DNA of 64,000 bases from a virus. Taxonomy: Duplodnaviria; Caudoviricetes. Position 1 is the stretch's first letter, and the number at the start of each line of letters is the position of its first letter. The stretch covers positions 1 to 64,000 of the IMG/VR virus record IMGVR_UViG_3300033076_001145, one strand, 5' to 3'. Positions 57,769 through 64,000 of the stretch are shown one piece after another. A model generated the notes under the pieces. The model worked only from the letters and a program-made list of their open reading frames with translations, made no database searches and was not told where the DNA came from. A program made the position numbers and the translations under genes.

Positions 57769-59519
57769 TATCTCATTCCTCCAAATAACCACGAATGGTT
57801 CATATAATCTTGTTTAGTTGGTTGATTTGTCTTATAAGTATTTTCACCGATAGTTGGGTTAAAGTAGTTTGATGGTTTCTGTGTATTAGTATTAATCTGC
57901 CAAGAATCAATCATTGCCTTAGTATGTTCAGTAACCTTTGTCATGGATGTGAAAGAGTTTTCCCCCACATATATTGCCATTGCGGTCGACATAATTAAAT
58001 CATCATGGTGTCCCTTTTGGTGGTCAGGTCTTCCATTTACATACACAAAAGTCGACATTTCATTAAGTAATCTTGCCGAATATACTTTAAATCCGTGTCT
58101 AAGATATTCCTCAAATGTTGCAATGATTTGAACTCGTTTCGCGTTAAAGTTAATTCCAGGTATTTTATCATTAACTTTTGGGTCGTATTTCCATTTGTTT
58201 TGATAATCAACACCATCCACATATAAGTTCCTATATCCCAATTCTTGTAGTTTCCTCGAGGTTGTAACTCCCATACCACCAGTAATATCAACGACAATAA
58301 ATGCAGAATACATATTCCCCCATTTGTAACATATCTCAGCAAGTGTGTCAGGTGGAATTTTTCCAATATACTCAGCAACTTGTTCCCTTGTATCAAAATC
58401 TAAAATTTGAAATGTTGAGAAGTCCTCACTATCCCCTCTACTAACATCGACACCCATTATATATTTGTGACCAATTTCAGGTTCCTTCCAAATCCATAAT
58501 GAACCTCCCATAAATTTATTTTGAGGTTCTTTGACACCATTTACACGGATATTATCGAGAGTGTTATTATCAAATACATTGTCCCCTGAACCTAAAAACG
58601 CACATTCCAATTCCTGATTAACCTTTCTCCTATCATATTTAAGTTTTTTAACCATTGACTCATACCAAGATGAGTGAGGTTTATATCCTTGGGATATTAA
58701 TAGTTTTATATCAGTGTAGTCTCGTTCTCTCGGAGGGATGTTTTCATAGTCTATTATTTCAACATCGTTATACTCATCACGATTTAAGTAATAATGTATT
58801 ATGTCATTAACTTTAATTAATTTAAAATCTTTTGTATAACGAGGGTCTTTAAACCAAACCATTTCCGAGATTTTAAACTCGTTCATGTTCTTTAACGCTT
58901 GGTCATAAATTTCATAATAAATTGGGTCATACCCGTTTGGTGTTGATACAACGATTACTTTACCTCCTGTAGATAAAGACGCCATACAAGCCGCCCAAAA
59001 GTCTCCGTCGGCCTCAATATATGCAGCTTCGTCAAATACAAGTATCGTTGGTGTGTAACCGCGAAGAGCATCCTTTGATGTTGCAACCGCCTTAACCTCA
59101 CACCCATTTGTTAATTTAAAATGCCTTTGTGAATTCTTTTCAGATGAAAATGTAACACCGACCCATTTTGGCCATTGTTCAGTGAAACCTCTAATTTTAT
59201 TTGCCATTTCCACCGCAGTATCCAATTTGTTGGCAATGATTAGAATTTTTTCAGGTTTGTTTTTTCTAGCAAAAACCAATCTTTTTGATGTCCAAGCAGC
59301 GGTTACAGTTGATACTCCAGCTTGACGATACTTTAACGCAATGTTTTCATTGTAGTTCTCATAATCCTCCAATAAACTTATTTGGTCAGGGAATAATTCC
59401 AATGGAACATACTTTGATACTGTGTTGTCGTAAGTTTGTAAATAGGTTTTAAGTGCATACTCTGTTGATTTCATGCACTTACCATACTCGATTAAAACTT
59501 GTTCTTTTGTTAAACTCAT
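57768..59519 (-). CDS. gp17: Terminase large subunit, T4 gp17-like
   Basis: KYRQAGVST, FDEAA, STPNG, QELECAF, GVDVSRG..D, HDDL; likely ATG at 59519 after TATTTATA. Confidence 0.95.
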   Translation of the reverse strand: MSLTKEQVLIEYGKCMKSTEYALKTYLQTYDNTVSKYVPLELFPDQISLLEDYENYNENIALKYRQAGVSTVTAAWTSKRLVFARKNKPEKILIIANKLDTAVEMANKIRGFTEQWPKWVGVTFSSEKNSQRHFKLTNGCEVKAVATSKDALRGYTPTILVFDEAAYIEADGDFWAACMASLSTGGKVIVVSTPNGYDPIYYEIYDQALKNMNEFKISEMVWFKDPRYTKDFKLIKVNDIIHYYLNRDEYNDVEIIDYENIPPRERDYTDIKLLISQGYKPHSSWYESMVKKLKYDRRKVNQELECAFLGSGDNVFDNNTLDNIRVNGVKEPQNKFMGGSLWIWKEPEIGHKYIMGVDVSRGDSEDFSTFQILDFDTREQVAEYIGKIPPDTLAEICYKWGNMYSAFIVVDITGGMGVTTSRKLQELGYRNLYVDGVDYQNKWKYDPKVNDKIPGINFNAKRVQIIATFEEYLRHGFKVYSARLLNEMSTFVYVNGRPDHQKGHHDDLIMSTAMAIYVGENSFTSMTKVTEHTKAMIDSWQINTNTQKPSNYFNPTIGENTYKTNQPTKQDYMNHSWLFGGMR

Positions 59520-59546
59520 ATATATGATATAAATACTTAGAAAAAA

Positions 59547-59572
59547 TAAACCCCTCAACTTGGAGGGGTTTA
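59547..59572 (-). terminator. Rho-independent terminator
   Basis: taaacccctc-aacttg-gaggggttta followed by a T-rich run on the minus strand. Confidence 0.75.
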
Positions 59573-59580
59573 ATGTTATT

Positions 59581-61125
59581 TTAAAGTCCTAAACTCGAGA
59601 GATAATCATCTTCTCCCTCGTCACTCTTATATTTTTTCTTTTCCATGTATGATGGATTCTGTTGCATTTTTTTCTGTAACCCTCTCGATTTTTCAACCAA
59701 GTTTGACACATAATTATCTGCGAAATCAGGGTCAGATAATCCAAGAGTAAATAAAGATTTTGCCAACTCTACCAAAGTGTCATACTTTTCTTCCGAAATG
59801 AACTTCAACATAAATGGAGTTAAATCTCTTTGTTCTTGTGTGTTAGGAACTAACTTATTGAATATCTTATAGAATTCAGTGTAAAACTTTTCACCATACA
59901 CTAAGTCATAAGCCTCGATTTCTAATGAACTTGCTTGTTGTTTTGCAAGTCTTCCTTTTTCAGACTTTTCTCCACCTGCAGATGTGAAAAACATAATAAC
60001 ACCCTTAACCAATTCATGAACAAGTAACGGTAATGTCATCGCTCTTGCTCTGATTGTAAATGCGTTAGAATTTTCTTGTGGCTGTTCTTCTTGTTGTTGT
60101 GGTTCCTCTTCATTCTCATCCTCATCTTCTTCCTCATTATTGTCATCACTTCCACTACTCTTTGGTGGGACAACTTCGATTTGACCAATTTGACCCCCTC
60201 CTGATGTTCCGATTGAACCAATGTCTGGGAATAACCAATACATATGTAACATAATTGGTTGTAATATGTTTGATAATTGTAAAATTCTTTCTCCGTCAGG
60301 TAACTCTTCAATTTTTTCACTACAAATATCATAAGCATTTGCATAATAAAGAGACATTCCTCGTCTGAATAAATTAACAATCATTCTTCTCGATACTTCA
60401 TCAGAAAATTCCTTTTTTGCCTTCTCAGCCGTTTCAGGAGAAATTTCGAAATTTGATTCAATCGCTTCTTTTGCCTTCTCTTCGTCAAATTCAACTCCCA
60501 TACTTTCAAACTCATCTCTCATTTGCTCGAGTTGTTCTTGTTTCTCTTTATCAACACTTGCAAATTTCTTCATAATTTCTTCGTCAGAAATATTATCAAC
60601 TTTAGCCTTCATCCCTTTTAGTTTGGATAAAAACCCTTGTGTGAATTTTCCGTCTAATTGTAATTTCTTGGCGAAAAACTCTCTATCAATACCCATTGCC
60701 TTTTCAACTGACTCATTAGCAATTTCTTCTAATTCAACTCTGTTTCTATTTTGCAATTGGATGAGTTCTTGTAACAACATTCCAACTAATTGGTATAAAC
60801 CAGCAAATGCAGTTTGAGCGTCTCTTTTAAGTGATTGGTTACCGGCAACTAATCTTCTATCGATTCCTGAATATCTATCAAATAATCTTTCTAATCTTAC
60901 AACAGAATCTTTAAAAGCCTGTGATGTATAAAAATCAACTTGAGCTTGTGTCAAACCAAATTTACTTAATGGTAACTCACCCTTTTCAATCTTACCTTGT
61001 AGTTTAGGAGCCGGTCTTGCACCTCCTAAATCAGGGTCAAAACTCATCGGGGGAGCTTCGTTGATTAAAGATTTAAATCTCTCAACTAAAATGTCTTCTT
61101 TTTTTGTATTACTCTTTAATCTCAT
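59581..61125 (-). CDS. Hypothetical probable head-internal protein
   Basis: 514 aa; FKSLINEA N-terminal motif; acidic loop. Confidence 0.7.
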   Translation of the reverse strand: MRLKSNTKKEDILVERFKSLINEAPPMSFDPDLGGARPAPKLQGKIEKGELPLSKFGLTQAQVDFYTSQAFKDSVVRLERLFDRYSGIDRRLVAGNQSLKRDAQTAFAGLYQLVGMLLQELIQLQNRNRVELEEIANESVEKAMGIDREFFAKKLQLDGKFTQGFLSKLKGMKAKVDNISDEEIMKKFASVDKEKQEQLEQMRDEFESMGVEFDEEKAKEAIESNFEISPETAEKAKKEFSDEVSRRMIVNLFRRGMSLYYANAYDICSEKIEELPDGERILQLSNILQPIMLHMYWLFPDIGSIGTSGGGQIGQIEVVPPKSSGSDDNNEEEDEDENEEEPQQQEEQPQENSNAFTIRARAMTLPLLVHELVKGVIMFFTSAGGEKSEKGRLAKQQASSLEIEAYDLVYGEKFYTEFYKIFNKLVPNTQEQRDLTPFMLKFISEEKYDTLVELAKSLFTLGLSDPDFADNYVSNLVEKSRGLQKKMQQNPSYMEKKKYKSDEGEDDYLSSLGL

Positions 61126-61126
61126 A

Positions 61127-61945
61127 TTATTTTCTTTTTTTCTTAATCAATCCAGCATTTTTTACTTTTGACATAAACCAATCTAATCCTTTTGAACTTG
61201 CTTCAGGTTGGTCATCTGGGTCGGGTGAAATAAATGGGTCAAAATTTGGGTCAGTTGTCGGTGATGGTTTGGTACCAGGTTTTGGTTTTGTAATTGGTTC
61301 AGGAGAATTTGCTTCAGGTTGGTCATCTGGGTCAGGAGAAATAAATGGGTCAAAATCCGTGTCAGGTTTTACACCAGGTTTTGGTTTTGTTGCTGGTTTT
61401 GCCGGAGCAGGTTGCTCATTCAATTTCTTCATTCTAATTGCCTCCATTAAATCTTTCTTTGAAATTTTTGGAGACAGGTGTTTTTCAACAATTTCAGACA
61501 TTTTTTGTTCAATCAAAAATTCGTAAGGATTTCTTCCTTCCTCAATAGTTTTCTTCACACCTTTCACACATCTTTCATATTTGTTCATTTGACCTTTAGT
61601 CCATTCACTTCTTTCAGATGTTCCGAATTCGTCAGATAAACTAGAAGTGCAGATAGCCCATGGGTTTTTCTTACTTGTTTTTTTCTTAGTTTCACCTAAT
61701 TCACCTTCTTTAGTAACTACAACATTATTATTAGCATCTAACGCCACTGAAGAACCTCCAGGTATTGAACCTTTACTTTTAATTTCTTGTGGTGTATAAA
61801 TTTTTTGAGTAGTTGTTTTAGTAGTCTCCTCATTTACCAATCTTTTGTGTAATGCATTTACCTGAGACTCAGTCATTAAAGAAAGGGTTTTCTTACTGAA
61901 ACCCAACTTCATTATATCTCCGATTTTTTGATTGTGTGTTTTCAT
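61127..61945 (-). CDS. Hypothetical protein with an NPWAICT motif and a duplicated Pro/Asp C-terminal unit
   Basis: 272-aa ORF; HKRLVNEE. Confidence 0.7.
   Translation of the reverse strand: MKTHNQKIGDIMKLGFSKKTLSLMTESQVNALHKRLVNEETTKTTTQKIYTPQEIKSKGSIPGGSSVALDANNNVVVTKEGELGETKKKTSKKNPWAICTSSLSDEFGTSERSEWTKGQMNKYERCVKGVKKTIEEGRNPYEFLIEQKMSEIVEKHLSPKISKKDLMEAIRMKKLNEQPAPAKPATKPKPGVKPDTDFDPFISPDPDDQPEANSPEPITKPKPGTKPSPTTDPNFDPFISPDPDDQPEASSKGLDWFMSKVKNAGLIKKKRK
61198..61356. repeat. Direct repeat (~48-bp core, 111-bp period) encoding FDPFISPDPDDQPEA twice
   Basis: Copies at 61198-61245 and 61309-61356. Confidence 0.9.
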
Positions 61946-62328
61946 AATTCAAATTCTTTATAAAATTCTAATATTATATCTTTTTCATATAATTTATCTT
62001 TCACCTCTTGTTCTGTCATACCATAATGAAAAACAAGTCTATTTTCCAAATCTTTATCCTCTTCCCATGCAAGGGCTACGACTTTATCTACCGCATCCTT
62101 CATACAAAAAAAATCAGAGTTCTGAACGAGTTCCATTTCAATACCCTCTCTGTTCAATACTCCGACCTTTTCAATTTCACTTATGTCTGGTGTTGTTGGG
62201 TTTCCGTTTGCCGGATTTGTATCCCAATCATCACCCCACACATCATTATCTTTTGAGAACACAAACTCGTAAGTTTTGTTCCCCTTATAGTTAGCACCTA
62301 ATCCATTTACAAACACTAAATAACTCAT
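61942..62328 (-). CDS. Hypothetical protein
   Basis: 128-aa ORF with ATGA overlaps. Confidence 0.7.
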   Translation of the reverse strand: MSYLVFVNGLGANYKGNKTYEFVFSKDNDVWGDDWDTNPANGNPTTPDISEIEKVGVLNREGIEMELVQNSDFFCMKDAVDKVVALAWEEDKDLENRLVFHYGMTEQEVKDKLYEKDIILEFYKEFEL

Positions 62329-63569
62329 AGTATCTGTCCATTAGGTGTGACTTTCAATTGCTTATTTTTATTTTCAAATACCAAATTACCTTTATTTGTT
62401 TTTCCTACAAAGGTAACCTCTGGAAAGTTATTAATCACCTTCTCAGCAACATTTTTTTGTTTTAAACTTTCTGAAAGTCTGATGATTTCTTTTAAATCAT
62501 TTTTCTTTTTACCTTCAATGAAAGTTTTTTTAACTTTTTTCTTGTTTTCAACAAATTTCTTTTCACTTTCTGAAATCATAAAATATTTTGATAATACTTT
62601 ATCTACTTTAGACTCTTTGAAAACTCTATCCATTGCCGATGACAAGAATTTCTCAGTCATTTCACCTTCAGTTGGTTCTTCCATTGATAAGTCTTCGTCA
62701 CCACTTGTTTCGTCACCAGTTGGTTCCATATCATCCATTGGCATATCTTCGTCACCCATGTCTGTCTCATCTCCACTCATACCTTCTTCTTCACCTTCCA
62801 ACTTAGAGATAATATCCATCTTATCGTCTTCTTCCAAATTATCTTCCAATGCCGATAAAATAGAATTGATTACATATTTTGCATCCTTTGATGAGATTTC
62901 TTGTCCCTCATCTTCCATTGCTCTAATTTTTTGACCAAGTTTTCCTGTTAATTTCTGAATTACTTTAAATGTAACTCCTTCTCCATCGGTTTCAGTATCA
63001 GAGTCCATTTCATCTCCCATGTCGTCAGCTGGCATGTCAGGAGCCATATCGTCAGCTGGCATATCTGAATCAGGTTCTGTCGGAATGTCCATCTCAGGAG
63101 TTGTATCCATAGGAGGTTCTGGCATGTCTGATGGTGCAGGTGGAACATCCTCAATTGGAGCCGTGTCCTCAGCTGGTGGTAACTCAGCCTTAGGAGTCTT
63201 CAAATAATATTTCTTCTGTTCAGTAAATAATGAAATTCCTTCCTCAACACCATGTAACTGATTAATGTCTTTTGCCATTAAATTTAACGACTTCATAGCG
63301 TCAGCATATGAATTAAAATACTTTCTATTTTTCATAGGAGAAGTATATTCATTAACACCTTCACTGATTTGTTTTTTAATGATGTAACCCATTTTTTCCT
63401 TGTCGATAACATATACATTACCGTCGGCTAATTTAGTTTCATAATCAGTTTTAACAGTTTCGTTTACGGGGTTAGGTGTTACTTCTTTATAGTGAGCAAT
63501 TTCTAAAATTCTTTTGATTTTTTCATCACCTTGTAATTTTTCACTTCCTATTGGTCTTAATCCACTCAT
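62325..63569 (-). CDS. Acidic hypothetical protein, probably prohead core/internal
   Basis: 414 aa; D/E/M/P-rich tracts like the scaffold; IKRILE and xxE motifs. Confidence 0.65.
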   Translation of the reverse strand: MSGLRPIGSEKLQGDEKIKRILEIAHYKEVTPNPVNETVKTDYETKLADGNVYVIDKEKMGYIIKKQISEGVNEYTSPMKNRKYFNSYADAMKSLNLMAKDINQLHGVEEGISLFTEQKKYYLKTPKAELPPAEDTAPIEDVPPAPSDMPEPPMDTTPEMDIPTEPDSDMPADDMAPDMPADDMGDEMDSDTETDGEGVTFKVIQKLTGKLGQKIRAMEDEGQEISSKDAKYVINSILSALEDNLEEDDKMDIISKLEGEEEGMSGDETDMGDEDMPMDDMEPTGDETSGDEDLSMEEPTEGEMTEKFLSSAMDRVFKESKVDKVLSKYFMISESEKKFVENKKKVKKTFIEGKKKNDLKEIIRLSESLKQKNVAEKVINNFPEVTFVGKTNKGNLVFENKNKQLKVTPNGQIL

Positions 63570-63585
63570 TTTTTTGTTGATTTTT

Positions 63586-63768
63586 TTAATTATTTAATCC
63601 GTTAAACCCTCCAAGAGTCACAGCGTTTAATTGTACGACAGTATTTGATGAATTTGTTATATCATTATAAATTGGGTGTGGTTGTAATGTAGAAGTACAA
63701 GTTACACAATTACCAGATGTTGGATTTATTACAACATAAGTGTAAGTTCCCGAAGATAATACTGCCAT
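63586..63768 (-). CDS. Small hypothetical virion protein (PHP.Y...Q...V.LGG.NGLN)
   Basis: 60 aa; TATTTATA at 63782-63789. Confidence 0.6.
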   Translation of the reverse strand: MAVLSSGTYTYVVINPTSGNCVTCTSTLQPHPIYNDITNSSNTVVQLNAVTLGGFNGLNN

Positions 63769-63807
63769 AATATTTTTTCTTTATAAATATATCGTTTATT
63801 TGTTATT

Positions 63808-64000
63808 TTAAAAAATTGTATTCAATTCTTTTAATGAAAGATTCTTATCTAATAATTTATCTCTCATTTCTAACAGTTTTCCAATATATCCATTCCTACG
63901 TAAGAATTTAAAAACCAAATTTTCAATCGAAAACTCCCCACCTTCCTCCAATCCTGACTGACGATATTTTTTGATTTTTTTGTAACATTTTTTCAATGTC
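63808..64000 (-). CDS. C-terminal part of a probable nucleotidyltransferase-like phage protein (5' end outside the window)
   Basis: KIKKYRQSGL...GEFSIENLVFK.LRRNGY. Confidence 0.5.
   Translation of the reverse strand, partial: TLKKCYKKIKKYRQSGLEEGGEFSIENLVFKFLRRNGYIGKLLEMRDKLLDKNLSLKELNTIF

Noticed and set aside
59581-61125. HELVKG as a metalloprotease site
   Set aside because: It lacks the second His of HExxH
15637-63207. Numerous short overlapping or antisense ORFs (e.g. 17262..17669, 46144..46377, 51827..52204, 54668..54946, 61104..61526, 62347..62934)
   Set aside because: They overlap well-supported genes, and their biased composition mirrors the real frame
1-64000. Stop-codon recoding, tRNAs, introns/inteins, DGR or retron
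   Set aside because: Core genes are full-length in the standard code, intergenic gaps are very short, terminase/portal/MCP look uninterrupted, and no reverse transcriptase was seen

Overview
AT-rich, gene-dense 64 kb segment of a large (probably jumbo) T4-like tailed phage read in the standard genetic code. No rRNA, tRNA, CRISPR array or IS element was recognised. The right part (48.8-63.8 kb, minus strand) is a T4-type head module: large terminase, portal, prohead protease, acidic scaffold and gp23-like major capsid protein, plus several probable head-internal proteins. A gp55-like late sigma factor, a probable baseplate spike, PhoH, dUTPase, a PolB-type exonuclease, a WYL protein and an HNH endonuclease lie in the middle. 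About 29 glycan-related genes occupy two islands (3.2-12.5 kb and 19.4-38.7 kb): about 18 glycosyltransferase-like genes, 5 methyltransferases, glf, gmd, a perosamine-synthase-like aminotransferase, a GNAT, a PIG-L deacetylase and an epimerase. No flippase, polymerase or lipid-carrier initiator was recognised. The left island is bracketed by two long Thr/Pro mucin-like proteins, one of which (<1..2795) is missing from the ORF track. The island begins with a GT60-type polypeptide GlcNAc-transferase, the family that initiates mucin-type O-glycosylation in Dictyostelium and Trypanosoma cruzi. The main hypothesis is a phage-encoded mucin-type protein O-glycosylation system that builds a virion glycocalyx. 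A [S/T]-G-x-[S/T] motif enriched in structural proteins is a candidate second acceptor signal. A TATTTAT motif precedes 14 gene starts and is a putative late promoter. DUF4494 and the lack of obvious Shine-Dalgarno sites hint at a Bacteroidota host. All family calls are from motif recognition only; no database search was run.
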